Shown in pieces: positions 36,463 through 46,130 of a stretch of DNA of 59,845 bases. A program made the translations under genes and the position numbers. This stretch comes from a virus. Its lineage: Duplodnaviria > Caudoviricetes. The notes under the pieces are model-generated. The model saw only the letters and a program-made list of their open reading frames with translations, made no database searches and was not told the DNA's origin. Where the stretch lies: IMG/VR virus record IMGVR_UViG_3300005533_000243, positions 1-59,845 of that record, one strand, 5' to 3'. Position 1 is the stretch's first letter. Each line of letters starts with the position of its first letter.

Positions 36463-36672
36463 ATGGCCGGCATCAAGCTAACCAGCAAGATCTCAACCAA
36501 GGTCCCCATGCCGAAAGGCAAGGGCACGAGCTCTCGCGGGTTTCTGAAGCTGAGGCCGCCGAAACAGCCCAGCCTGACGAAGCGCATCTACACGAAAGCG
36601 GTCGCCAAGCAGGATCCTTCCGAATTCGGTAACTCCGGGTTCGGAGACACTGGGCTAACCGGCGAAAGCTAA
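36463..36672 (+). CDS. Small basic hypothetical protein
   Basis: GAGGA RBS; TAATG overlap. Confidence 0.65.
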   Translation: MAGIKLTSKISTKVPMPKGKGTSSRGFLKLRPPKQPSLTKRIYTKAVAKQDPSEFGNSGFGDTGLTGES

Positions 36673-36914
36673 TGAAGGCAGAGCGGAAGAACCTAATTCT
36701 TGCTTCTGCCGAGCTCGCGCGCGCTGCGCCCGAGAGCTGGAATAAATTTCTGGTCGCCTTCGTCGAGCACGTTGACGACCTGAAAAACCAATGCGTGGAC
36801 GCACCTCCTGACGCTGTTCACGTCGCCCAGGGAATGGCGAAGGAAGGAAACGAGCTCGCCAGGCTCTTTGGGGATGCGGTGAAGTCCGCCGACCGCATCG
36901 GAGATAGGCGGTAA
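36672..36914 (+). CDS. Hypothetical head-module protein
   Basis: Translationally coupled to upstream gene. Confidence 0.7.
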   Translation: MKAERKNLILASAELARAAPESWNKFLVAFVEHVDDLKNQCVDAPPDAVHVAQGMAKEGNELARLFGDAVKSADRIGDRR

Positions 36915-36935
36915 CTAGAGGAGAGTGAGTAAGAC

Positions 36936-37358
36936 ATGGCTTTGTTCCCTTCAACCGTTCTGAGTGACGAGGAAGCGATCGCTTTCCTCGGCACGGCCCT
37001 TCAGAACAACGGCAAAACGACTCTCGTTTCGAAGACCGCGGCCAGCATTTCTGCTGTGTTCGCGGACATATTCCGGACGATTATCGCGCTGTCGACGCAG
37101 TCGACCTGCACGTTCACGCTGCCGACCCCGGCACAGATCGTTGCTGGTCTTTCCAACCCGGTTGCTGGATCGAGCTTCGAGTTCGTCATCCAGAACAACA
37201 ACTCGGGCACGGCCACGGTGGCCGGGAATGGTTGCACCATTCAAGGCACCGCGACCATTCCCACGACCAAGACGCAGATCTTCCGCGCCGTCGTTACGAA
37301 CGCCAACGTGGGTTCGGAAGCGGTGACCGTGGTCGCGCTGCTCAACGCCGCGCAGTAA
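36936..37358 (+). CDS. Putative capsid decoration/minor virion protein
   Basis: TFTLPTPAQIVA...GSSFEFVIQN beta-rich; GAGGAG RBS. Confidence 0.6.
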   Translation: MALFPSTVLSDEEAIAFLGTALQNNGKTTLVSKTAASISAVFADIFRTIIALSTQSTCTFTLPTPAQIVAGLSNPVAGSSFEFVIQNNNSGTATVAGNGCTIQGTATIPTTKTQIFRAVVTNANVGSEAVTVVALLNAAQ

Positions 37359-37374
37359 GCGCAACACGAAGAGT

Positions 37375-37406
37375 ACGGGGCCGGCACCCACGCCGGCCCC
37401 GTTTTT
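37375..37406 (+). terminator. Intrinsic terminator
   Basis: ACGGGGCCGGC-ACCCAC-GCCGGCCCCGT then TTTT. Confidence 0.75.
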
Positions 37407-37476
37407 CCCCACCCGGTGGCCACCAACACCCTTTCGGCCCGTGCCGCAGAAGCCGCACGCGCCACCGGAGAAGTAG

Positions 37477-38547
37477 ATGCCCAAGCTTGCCGCTAAGGAC
37501 GACCCGAACGTAAAACTTCCGGCCGCCGCCCGTAGAGCTTCCCAAAACGCAGATCGCCTGCACGCGGAAGCGTACAAACCCCAAGACCCCAATCCAGATC
37601 CTGCCACTGCCGCGCCCGCCCCCGCAGCGGGCGAGCAGACCACCGAGGTTACCTCCAAGGTAACCGGTCAGCCGGAAAACGATCCTCCGGCGAATCCTCC
37701 AGCCGCGCCCGCGGCTGCCAACCCCAAGACGGCTTCCGCCGCCGGCGAAGACGACGACTTCAAACACAAATACCAGTCCCTGAAGGGGCGCTTCGATCAG
37801 CAAGCGAAAGCGTTGCGGGAGGCTGGCGATACCATCAGCACTCTGCGCGTGCAGCTCGCCGAGGCGGCGACTGCGCCACCAACGCGTATGCCTGCCGAGC
37901 AGTCGTTCAAAAAGCTCCTCACGCCCGATCAAGAGAAAGAGTTCGGCGAGGAATTTTTGGACGTCGTTGGCAAGAAGGCGCAGGAAGTTGTCGTGCCGGA
38001 GTTGTCGGTTATTCGCCGGGAACTCAGCGAGCTCGCCAATCGAGTTTCCAATACCGGCCAGCGGATCACGCAGGAGGCGCGCCGCCAGCTCGAGTCCACG
38101 CTAACGGAACACGTGCCAGACTGGCGCCAAATCAATGTTGATCCGAATTTTTTGGATTGGCTTGCGTTGCCCGATACTTACTCGGGTGATATCCGTCTCT
38201 CGTTGTTGAAATCGGCCTACGAGGCAAACGACGCCAGTCGTGTGGTCGCTTTCTTCAAAGGCTTCCTCGCTGAAGAGGCTGCCCTGGTCCCCGCACCAGC
38301 ATTGCCGGACAATCCGCCGGCGGATCCATCCGCCCAGCCGAAAGTCCCGCTTAATTCACTCGCGGCGCCAGGCAGAGCTAAGACAGCGGCATCCAATCCC
38401 CCCGCTGAGAAGCCCGTATTCACCCGTGCCCAGATCGCTCAGTTTTACGCTGACGTGACCGCGAACAAGTATCGCGGCCGCGAAAAAGAGAAGGACTCCC
38501 TGGAAAGGGAAATCTTCGCAGCGCAACGAGATGGGCGCATCCGATAA
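37477..38547 (+). CDS. Capsid scaffolding protein
   Basis: Pro/Ala-rich N-terminus, coiled coil, ends IFAAQRDGRIR; directly upstream of capsid gene. Confidence 0.75.
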   Translation: MPKLAAKDDPNVKLPAAARRASQNADRLHAEAYKPQDPNPDPATAAPAPAAGEQTTEVTSKVTGQPENDPPANPPAAPAAANPKTASAAGEDDDFKHKYQSLKGRFDQQAKALREAGDTISTLRVQLAEAATAPPTRMPAEQSFKKLLTPDQEKEFGEEFLDVVGKKAQEVVVPELSVIRRELSELANRVSNTGQRITQEARRQLESTLTEHVPDWRQINVDPNFLDWLALPDTYSGDIRLSLLKSAYEANDASRVVAFFKGFLAEEAALVPAPALPDNPPADPSAQPKVPLNSLAAPGRAKTAASNPPAEKPVFTRAQIAQFYADVTANKYRGREKEKDSLEREIFAAQRDGRIR

Positions 38548-38572
38548 CGCTTCTCTTTGAGGGCCTACAGTA

Positions 38573-39556
38573 ATGACCTTCCCTGTCGCATCCGGCGTAA
38601 CGACCCCTCCGATTTATCCGGCGGGTTCGGCTGGAAACGGCATGTCCGGCGCCGGGTTTATCCCGGAAATTTGGTCGGGCAAGCTGATCGAAAAATTCTA
38701 CGCGTCCACCGTTCTGACCGCGATCTCGAATACCGACTACGAAGGCGAGATCAAAAATCAGGGCGACAAGGTGCGTATCCGCACCAAGCCGACCGTCACT
38801 ATCAAGGACTACAAGGCTGACGGCGCGCTCGAGCTCGAGCGTCCGGTTGGTAGCGAAGTCGACTTGCTCATCGACAAGGGCAAGTACTTCAACACCATCC
38901 TCGACGACGTGATGGACGTCCAATCGGATCTGAACCAGCTCAGCATGTGGTCTGACGACGCTGCCGAGCAGATGAAGATCACGATCGACAAGGACGTTCT
39001 CCTCGGCATCCTGAACCAGGCGAATGCCGCGAACCAGGGTCTGACCGCCGGCGCAATCTCCGGCAACATCAACCTTGGTGTCACCGGCACCCCGCTCGCC
39101 GCCGTTTCGGTGGCGGCTTCGAGCAAGGTCGACATCCTGTCGATCCTGCTTCGTCTCGGCCAGGCGCTCGATGAAAAGAACATCCCGGAGACGGGCCGCT
39201 GGGTGATCCTGCCGGCCTGGGCCGCGGTCCTCGTGAAGAATTCGGAACTCCGTCAGGCCTACCTGTCTGGCGACAGCGTTTCGATCCTTCGCAACGGCCG
39301 CCTGGGTATGGTCGACCGCTTCACGCTGTACATCAGCAACCTGTTGCCGAGCGGCACCGCTGCCGGCCTGGCTTCTGGTGAGTGGCCCATTTACGCGGGC
39401 CACGCGCACGGTCTGACCTTCGCTTCGCAGGTTTCGAAAGTCGAAACTCTCCGCTCGGAGATGACCTTCGGCACCGTCCTGCGCGGCCTCCAGGTCTACG
39501 GCTACAAGGTGCTCGACGGCACGGCGCTCGCGCAGGCCATCGTCACCCCCGGCTAA
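38573..39556 (+). CDS. Major capsid protein
   Basis: FIPEIWSGKL...NTDYEGEI...GDKVRI...RGLQVYGYKV; strong codon bias. Confidence 0.9.
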   Translation: MTFPVASGVTTPPIYPAGSAGNGMSGAGFIPEIWSGKLIEKFYASTVLTAISNTDYEGEIKNQGDKVRIRTKPTVTIKDYKADGALELERPVGSEVDLLIDKGKYFNTILDDVMDVQSDLNQLSMWSDDAAEQMKITIDKDVLLGILNQANAANQGLTAGAISGNINLGVTGTPLAAVSVAASSKVDILSILLRLGQALDEKNIPETGRWVILPAWAAVLVKNSELRQAYLSGDSVSILRNGRLGMVDRFTLYISNLLPSGTAAGLASGEWPIYAGHAHGLTFASQVSKVETLRSEMTFGTVLRGLQVYGYKVLDGTALAQAIVTPG

Positions 39557-39568
39557 CCAATGAAGTGA

Positions 39569-39593
39569 GGGGGTACGGATCTTCCGTACCCCC
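39569..39593 (+). terminator. Hairpin after capsid gene (weak terminator or stabiliser)
   Basis: GGGGGTACGGA-TCT-TCCGTACCCCC, poor U tract. Confidence 0.5.
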
Positions 39594-39613
39594 GTTAGCC
39601 TCCGAGGAGAGCG

Positions 39614-39955
39614 ATGGCGCTCGACACCGTTGCTGATTACGTTTCGTACGCTCGAGTGCTTTTGCAAGACCAGGTTGTTCCGTACCGCTACCCCGACAAC
39701 GATCTGGTTCAGGCGCTGAATATCGCCGTGTTCGAGTCCCGCCGCCTGCGGCCGGACCTCTACATCGGCGGCGCAGCGCTCCCGTCATTCTCCGCCCCGG
39801 ACACGACCGCGGTCGCTATCGACCCGCAGTACCGCATGGCCTTCGTCTATTTCATGTGCGGCCATGCGCAACTACGGGACGAAGAAAATACACAGGACGC
39901 TCGCGCGAGCGAGTTCCTGAACAAGTTCTCGGCCCAGATGGTTTCGATCGCGTAA
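39614..39955 (+). CDS. Putative head-tail adaptor
   Basis: ARVLLQD...RYPDNDL...RLRPDL; GAGGAG RBS. Confidence 0.65.
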   Translation: MALDTVADYVSYARVLLQDQVVPYRYPDNDLVQALNIAVFESRRLRPDLYIGGAALPSFSAPDTTAVAIDPQYRMAFVYFMCGHAQLRDEENTQDARASEFLNKFSAQMVSIA

Positions 39956-39956
39956 A

Positions 39957-40550
39957 ATGAGCACCAACCCATACGTGACCCGCATCCTAGATAACCTTCG
40001 GGTCCGCCTGCCGGGCGCGCTGGACACCGCGCTGAAGCTCGAACTCTTCAACGTCCTCAACGAATTTCTCAAGAAATCCAACGCGTGGCAGGAAGACATC
40101 CTTGTCGACGTAAAGCCCGGCGTCACCGATTACCCGATCGAGCCCGCTGACGGCGTCATCAACCGCGTGATGCAGGTCGTCAATAGCGCCGGGATCAACG
40201 TGCGCGCCACGTTCGCGGTACCTCCGGACCTGATCTTGGAGGTCGCGCCCGTTCAGAACGACACGCTAACGGTCACCGTTTCCCTCACGGTTGCCGATAC
40301 GGATCGCGACGAGTTCCCGGTCTTCCCGGATTGGATGTTCAGCAATTACTACGACGACTTCATCGACGGCGCGCTCGGCCGCATGATGTCGCAGCCGGCG
40401 AAACCGTATTCGAACGAGCGCCTTTCTATCTACCACTTGCGCCGGTTTCACAACGCCGTGGCTCGAGCGAAGGCCGAGATCCAGCACGGAAACCTCTACT
40501 CGGCGCAGTCTTGGCGCTACCCGGCGTTCGCGTCCGGGCGGCAGCGGTGA
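39957..40550 (+). CDS. Putative tail tubular/adaptor protein
   Basis: RLPGA...GALGRMMSQPAKPYSN; synteny. Confidence 0.65.
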   Translation: MSTNPYVTRILDNLRVRLPGALDTALKLELFNVLNEFLKKSNAWQEDILVDVKPGVTDYPIEPADGVINRVMQVVNSAGINVRATFAVPPDLILEVAPVQNDTLTVTVSLTVADTDRDEFPVFPDWMFSNYYDDFIDGALGRMMSQPAKPYSNERLSIYHLRRFHNAVARAKAEIQHGNLYSAQSWRYPAFASGRQR

Positions 40551-40558
40551 GGTGATAG

Positions 40559-40903
40559 ATGGCCTCGCCCGCTGCATTCCAGGGATCTTACTTCTCCGCT
40601 GAGTTCACGATTACGGACGGCACCAATCCGATCGACATCACCGGATGGACGTTCGACGCGCAGTTTCGCGCGCGCGTTACCGACGATCAGATTCTGCTCG
40701 AACTTACGACCGCCAATACGGGCTTCCAGATGATCGACGCCCCCAACGGTCGCTTCCGTATTCAGATGACGGAAGAGCAAACCGAAAACCTTCCCGAGGG
40801 GAAGTTGGTGTTCGACATCATGCGGACCGACCTCTCTCCGGGACCCCGCTGGCTGTGCAGTGGAAAGCTGAAAGTGAAGAAGCCGGTGACGCGCGATGAC
40901 TGA
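40559..40903 (+). CDS. BppU-like fibre attachment protein
   Basis: FQG..F......PIDITGWTF.AQFR pattern. Confidence 0.55.
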   Translation: MASPAAFQGSYFSAEFTITDGTNPIDITGWTFDAQFRARVTDDQILLELTTANTGFQMIDAPNGRFRIQMTEEQTENLPEGKLVFDIMRTDLSPGPRWLCSGKLKVKKPVTRDD

Positions 40904-43235
40904 CGCCATTACCATTGACGCCCAAGCCGACGGCATCGTCATTGACCTACAGCTCGTGGGAATGAATGACGCTGCCGCAGCGGCCTCGTCCGCCGCTGCC
41001 GCAGCGGCGTCCGCGGCGTCTGCTGCATCCCACGATACGAGTTCTGCTGCTCACGATTCGAGCGCGGCCGCTCACGACAGCTCGGCGGCCTCTTCCGCCA
41101 CGGCCGCGGCCGCGTCCGCCGCATCCGCCGCATCCCACGACTCGAGCGCCGCATCCCACGACTCGAGCGCCGCATCTCACGACACCGCTGCCGCTGCGTC
41201 GGCTACCGCCGCCGCTGCCTCAGCCTCGAGCGCAGCTACGCACGATACGAATGCCGCCGCGAGCGACTCGAACGCAAATACCGTCTACACGAATTTCGAT
41301 AAACGGTTTCTCGGCGCGAAAGCTTCCAACCCGACGCTCGACAACCAGGGCGCCGCGCTCCAGACGGGCGCGCTCTATTTCAACACTACGTCGGGTGACA
41401 TGCGCGTGTGGAACGGCTCCGCCTGGCAAGTTTCGTACAACCCCTCCGCCGGCGCCGTCGACAGCTTTAACGGTCGAACCGGCGCGGTCACTCCACAATC
41501 TGGCGACTACTCGTCTGGCCAAATCACCGGCCTCGGAAACGCGGCAACGAAGAACGTCGGCACGACCGCCGGTACCGTCGCGGCCGGCGACGACTCGCGC
41601 ATCGCCGGTGCCGCGCAAACGGCGAACAACCTTTCGGATCTTGCATCGTATCTGACGGCGCTGACGAACATACACGCCGAAGGTGGTACAGGGCACGGCG
41701 ACTCAAACTACACTATCCTGCCGACCGACAAATTTGTCTACACGAACGCTAACTTTACGGCGAACCGCACGTGGACGCTCCCCGCGGCGAACGCGGTCAA
41801 TCCAGGCCGCTTTCTGCTCGTTGCCGACGCCAAGGGAATGCTTACGAGCTCCCACACGCTTATTGTACAACGAGCGGGCTCCGATACGGTCAACGGCGGC
41901 ACGTCGATTACGATTCGAGATCCGCTCGCTTTCATAATCTTGGTTTCGGATGGTGTGTCGAACTGGTTCGCGTTCATGTTTCAGGGCGCCGCGCAATTCC
42001 GCCAGTCCGACGTTCTTCAGAGCGCGCTTAATCTTTCCGATCTCGCGAGCGCATCGACGGCGCGTACGAACCTCGGCCTCGGCGACGCCGCCGTCAAGAA
42101 TACAGGTACGACCGCCGGCACGCTCGCCGCCGGCGATGACTCGCGTATTACTGGCGCCGCTCAAAAGGCGAACAATCTTTCCGATCTCGCAAGCGCGGCA
42201 ACGGCGCGTACGAACCTTAAGGTTGATGGGCGGACGGCGATCGGTGACGCGAACAATACGTTCTCGTCGACCGATGGTCCGACCTATGCGACGAGCGCGA
42301 CTTTAACCGCTGCGCGCACCTGGACGCTACCGGCCGCGAACACGCTCAATGCCGGCGAGCGGCGCTTCATTGTCGATGAAGCTGGCGGAGTATCGGCCTC
42401 GAATACGCTTACTGTCCAACGTGCCGGCTCCGACACAATCGAAGGTGGCACGTCGCTCGTACTCGCGACGAAATATGCAGCCGTAATTCTGGAGAGCGAC
42501 GGCACATCGAAATGGACGAAAATCGCGGTCGCGACCTTCGATCAGGTGTCGCACCGTCTCGGCGACGAAACGTCGATCGCCTCGGCCGCCACGACCGACA
42601 TTGGCGCATCGCCGACGACGCGCGTGCAAGTGACCGGCACGACGACGATCACGAGCCTGGGAACGGTCGCGAACAAGCTTCGCATCGTGCGCTTTGCGGG
42701 TGTGCTCACGCTCACGTACAACGCCTCGACGCTCATCTTGCCGGGCGGCGGCAACATCGCGACGAAGGCGGACGACGTTGCGTTTTTCGTTTCGGACGCG
42801 AGCGGAAATTGGCGCTGCATCTATTATGCGAAGGCGGAGTTCCCGTATCGCGCGGCGCCGACGGCGGACTTTCTAGCGAACGTTGCGGCGGAATATCTGA
42901 TTACGGATCAGATTTGGAACGCCGCTGGCATCGTAAACCTCACCGACGCGGCGACGATCGCCGTTGATATGTCGACGTTCATCAATGCGAGCGTCACCCT
43001 CGGCGGTAACCGCACGCTCGGCAATCCGTCGAATACGAAGGGCGGTCAAAGCGGCGCCATCCAGATTATCCAGGACGGCACCGGCTCGCGCACGCTCGCC
43101 TATTCGTCGAATTGGAAATTCAACAGCGCCGCCGCTCCGACCCTCTCGACGACTGCGGGCGCCCGCGATGTGCTTTTCTATTTGGTCGTTTCGTCGACGC
43201 ATATCCAAGCGTGGCTGCAAAAGGATATGCGATAA
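40896..43235 (+). CDS. Tail fibre protein
   Basis: Ala/Ser-rich N-terminus, GALYFNT, VDSFNGRTGAV, duplicated GTTAGT.AAGDDSRI..NNLSDL and RTWTLPAAN modules. Confidence 0.88.
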   Translation: MTDAITIDAQADGIVIDLQLVGMNDAAAAASSAAAAAASAASAASHDTSSAAHDSSAAAHDSSAASSATAAAASAASAASHDSSAASHDSSAASHDTAAAASATAAAASASSAATHDTNAAASDSNANTVYTNFDKRFLGAKASNPTLDNQGAALQTGALYFNTTSGDMRVWNGSAWQVSYNPSAGAVDSFNGRTGAVTPQSGDYSSGQITGLGNAATKNVGTTAGTVAAGDDSRIAGAAQTANNLSDLASYLTALTNIHAEGGTGHGDSNYTILPTDKFVYTNANFTANRTWTLPAANAVNPGRFLLVADAKGMLTSSHTLIVQRAGSDTVNGGTSITIRDPLAFIILVSDGVSNWFAFMFQGAAQFRQSDVLQSALNLSDLASASTARTNLGLGDAAVKNTGTTAGTLAAGDDSRITGAAQKANNLSDLASAATARTNLKVDGRTAIGDANNTFSSTDGPTYATSATLTAARTWTLPAANTLNAGERRFIVDEAGGVSASNTLTVQRAGSDTIEGGTSLVLATKYAAVILESDGTSKWTKIAVATFDQVSHRLGDETSIASAATTDIGASPTTRVQVTGTTTITSLGTVANKLRIVRFAGVLTLTYNASTLILPGGGNIATKADDVAFFVSDASGNWRCIYYAKAEFPYRAAPTADFLANVAAEYLITDQIWNAAGIVNLTDAATIAVDMSTFINASVTLGGNRTLGNPSNTKGGQSGAIQIIQDGTGSRTLAYSSNWKFNSAAAPTLSTTAGARDVLFYLVVSSTHIQAWLQKDMR
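41127..41183 (+). repeat. 21-bp tandem repeat inside tail fibre gene
   Basis: GCCGCATCCCACGACTCGAGC x2 plus partial third copy. Confidence 0.85.
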
Positions 43236-44117
43236 ATGGCTCTCGACCTTCCACCGAAGCTTTGGACGCCTCCCGCGATCGGAGTTCTGCGCGCGGCGGA
43301 GCCGTGGGAAAAACAGGCGTACGCGAAGCTCGCGAAAGAGGGCGTTCCACGCGAAGTACGCCGTGCGGTTGTTGCCGAACTCCGCCGACTGCAAGGTCTT
43401 CGCCAGTCGATCATCAAGCCGGCGATCGACGATCTCTCGAGGTACGTTGAACGCAAAGGCGTCGTTATCCCCGGCATCGGTCTTCTGCCGCCGGCCGGCG
43501 GCCTACCGAGGGCGGCCACATTCATCACGAACAGTTCATCGAATACGAATGCGAACAACCAAACCTTCAGCGGCATAAATATCGGACCGGTCAACCCCGA
43601 TCGGTACGTCGTCGTCGTTTTCTATTGCGGCTTTGGCCCAGCGGTAACATTCAGCAGCGCAACGCTCGATTATGGGTCTGGCGCAACCGCTATGACCAAC
43701 ATCAAGGCGCAATCGAACAATGACTCCATGTGCGTCATTTTGCTGGTCGCCGCATTTAGCGGCAACACGACCGGCACGGTTGTTCTCAATGTGTCGTCGT
43801 CGCAAGCAAATTGGCGCATAGGCATCTACAACCTTAACGGCCTCTCGTCGGCGACGCCGGTAGCGACTGCCGGGTCGAATGCGTCGAACCCGACCTCCGG
43901 TGCGTTGACGACCACGCCGGGCGGTTGCGCTATCGCGTGCGCTGGCGCGCGTAGCACGAACACAAGCTCCTGGTCGGGTGCAACACAAGATTTCGACGGT
44001 TCGACGACCGTTGGGTTTTCGGGTGCTCACACCAACAACATCGGCGGCTCCTCGGTGACGATCACCGATACGATCGGTGGCACCGAGCCGTGCGGTGCTT
44101 TCGCATCCTGGTTTTAA
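43236..44117 (+). CDS. Putative fibre-associated/receptor-binding protein
   Basis: S/T/N/G-rich beta C-terminal region; directly after fibre gene. Confidence 0.6.
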   Translation: MALDLPPKLWTPPAIGVLRAAEPWEKQAYAKLAKEGVPREVRRAVVAELRRLQGLRQSIIKPAIDDLSRYVERKGVVIPGIGLLPPAGGLPRAATFITNSSSNTNANNQTFSGINIGPVNPDRYVVVVFYCGFGPAVTFSSATLDYGSGATAMTNIKAQSNNDSMCVILLVAAFSGNTTGTVVLNVSSSQANWRIGIYNLNGLSSATPVATAGSNASNPTSGALTTTPGGCAIACAGARSTNTSSWSGATQDFDGSTTVGFSGAHTNNIGGSSVTITDTIGGTEPCGAFASWF

Positions 44118-44128
44118 GAGGAAAGCAA

Positions 44129-44569
44129 ATGCTCGCGTTCAAGGATCAGAATGGTGCCTGGAAAGCATGGAACGGCGAACCGATCGACGAAATTCGTTAT
44201 CCACCTAATATCGGAGAGCTCTGGACCGACGATGAATTGGCCGCCGTTGGGCTTTGGCGCGTATCGACCGCTACGCCTCCCGATGGCTATGTCGGCGCCG
44301 GCAATCAGCGCATCGAAGATCGCTCCGGCACACCAACGCTCGTCGAGGATTGGATCATCGCGCCGCGCCGCCTTGTGCAGAAGACGGTCATCGTTGACCG
44401 GCTTCAGACCGCGGGAAAACTGAACGCAGCGCGCGCCGCGCTCGATGCCGCGGATCTATACACGCGCGAACGGTGGAACGCCCGCGACGCAATCTACGCT
44501 GACGATCCTACGGCGCTGGCCCTACTCCAGGCAGTCGGTGCTGACCCGAACGTCATTATGGCCCCCTGA
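44129..44569 (+). CDS. Putative tail fibre assembly protein
   Basis: GAGGA RBS; YPPNI..LWTDDELAAVGL. Confidence 0.55.
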   Translation: MLAFKDQNGAWKAWNGEPIDEIRYPPNIGELWTDDELAAVGLWRVSTATPPDGYVGAGNQRIEDRSGTPTLVEDWIIAPRRLVQKTVIVDRLQTAGKLNAARAALDAADLYTRERWNARDAIYADDPTALALLQAVGADPNVIMAP

Positions 44570-44607
44570 GACGACCGTGAAACCTTCGAAAGTTAAGTGA
44601 CCTATCC

Positions 44608-45459
44608 ATGACACTGACAGTCAAACACAAGTTCCAATCCGCAAAAGGCGACGACGTCGACTCGACACTTATTCGGCCGTCAAATTGGAACGACACGCAC
44701 GACATCCAGATGGCTTCAGATTCAGTGATCGGGCGCGACTCGTCGGGCGCAGGCGCGGCGCAGGAAATCTCTTTTACCGCGCTCGCGCGCACGCTGGCCG
44801 CGATCAACGACCCGACGGCCTTTATCGCCGCGCTGGGTATCGGTGGATTTTCTACGGGCGACGTGAAACTTACGTTGAAGACGACGGCTGATCCAGGCTG
44901 GATTATCATGAACGACGGCACCATCGGTGATGCCTCGTCTTCTTCCACCACTCGCGCAAATGCCGACTGCCAAGCGTTGTTCACCCTGCTCTGGAACAAC
45001 ATCTCCGACACTTATGCCCCCGTCGTCGGCGGTCGCGGAGGAAGCGCGGCGGCTGACTGGGCCGCCCATAAGTCGATCACGCTCACGAAAGTTCTTGGTC
45101 GTGCGCTCGCAGTGGCTGGCTCTGGCTCAGGACTATCCGCCAGGTCTCTTGGTCAGAACCTGGGCGAAGAAGCGCATACGCTCGTAACGGGAGAAATCCC
45201 CGCGCACCAACACACCGGCAACACGCAGTCCGCTGGCGACCACACCCATAACCTGGCGCTGCCCGGCAACTCCAACCTCGGCAATAACTTGGCGACGGTT
45301 CCTTCGGCCAACGTCAATACGCAGACGACGAATATCTCCAACGGCGCGCAGACCGCAGGCGCCCACACGCACAGCTTTACGACTGACAACGCCGGTGGCG
45401 GTGGATCGCATAACAACATGCAGCCGACCAGCTTCCTCAACGCAATGATCAAACTATGA
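44608..45459 (+). CDS. Tail collar-domain short fibre
   Basis: FSTGDVK...PGWIIMNDGTIG...GEEAHTL..EIPAH.H...HNNMQP...NAMIKL. Confidence 0.8.
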   Translation: MTLTVKHKFQSAKGDDVDSTLIRPSNWNDTHDIQMASDSVIGRDSSGAGAAQEISFTALARTLAAINDPTAFIAALGIGGFSTGDVKLTLKTTADPGWIIMNDGTIGDASSSSTTRANADCQALFTLLWNNISDTYAPVVGGRGGSAAADWAAHKSITLTKVLGRALAVAGSGSGLSARSLGQNLGEEAHTLVTGEIPAHQHTGNTQSAGDHTHNLALPGNSNLGNNLATVPSANVNTQTTNISNGAQTAGAHTHSFTTDNAGGGGSHNNMQPTSFLNAMIKL

Positions 45460-45761
45460 TTTTCGATTGGACCGTCACGCTTGGAAACGTCTTGACGATT
45501 TTGGGGTTCTTGGTGACCGGGCTCGTGGCTATTCTGGCCATGAAGCAAAATATCGCCATCCTCGCTATCCGGATGAGCACCGTGGAGAAGACGCTCAGCG
45601 AAATTTCTCATGCGGTTTTGGATCTGGCCCGCCAGGGGGAACGCTTGACGTCGGTTGAGAGGCGGCTCGAGGACAACAGCCGTATTCGTTCCGAGCAGCT
45701 CGACGCCATGAACAAGCGCATCGACGACATTTCGCGGCGCCTAGGTCCTGTCCAGCTTTAA
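45456..45761 (+). CDS. Single-TM coiled-coil protein
   Basis: N-terminal TM then heptads; ATGA overlap. Confidence 0.7.
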   Translation: MIFDWTVTLGNVLTILGFLVTGLVAILAMKQNIAILAIRMSTVEKTLSEISHAVLDLARQGERLTSVERRLEDNSRIRSEQLDAMNKRIDDISRRLGPVQL

Positions 45762-45769
45762 GGGAACCG

Positions 45770-45970
45770 ATGCCGGCACCGAACCCGAACCGGTTTCCCA
45801 AACACGAATCTTCCTTCGACACGCTGGCCACGGCGCTGAAGAAGAGCTTGAAGCGCCCGTTTATCGGCGTGACGCAGGGAGGATCCAGTCGCAAGGACAG
45901 GGGCGCCAAGCCCGCTGCCACGACTGCGAAGTTCAACCCCCGAACCCAGATGCCACTAAGGAGTAAGTAA
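45770..45970 (+). CDS. Small basic hypothetical protein
   Basis: AGGGA RBS. Confidence 0.55.
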   Translation: MPAPNPNRFPKHESSFDTLATALKKSLKRPFIGVTQGGSSRKDRGAKPAATTAKFNPRTQMPLRSK

Positions 45971-45971
45971 A

Positions 45972-46127
45972 TTGGCTGATACCGAACAGAAAGACACCAA
46001 GCCAGAAAACGACAAACTCGAGAAGGCGCCGCCGGCACCGAAGAAGCCCGCCCTTTCGCCGCAGACGCTCGCAGAAATGAAGGCCGGTAAGGAAGCGCTG
46101 AAGGCGCGCAACGGCGGCGTGGAGTAA
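45972..46127 (+). CDS. 51-aa hypothetical protein not in the ORF track
   Basis: AGGAG RBS, TTG start, MADTEQKDTKPENDKLEK... Confidence 0.6.
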   Translation: MADTEQKDTKPENDKLEKAPPAPKKPALSPQTLAEMKAGKEALKARNGGVE

Positions 46128-46130
46128 CGA

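Noticed and set aside
40896-45459. Diversity-generating retroelement or invertible tail-fibre cassette
   Set aside because: No reverse transcriptase, no adenine-specific TR/VR pair seen, no invertase, all genes co-oriented
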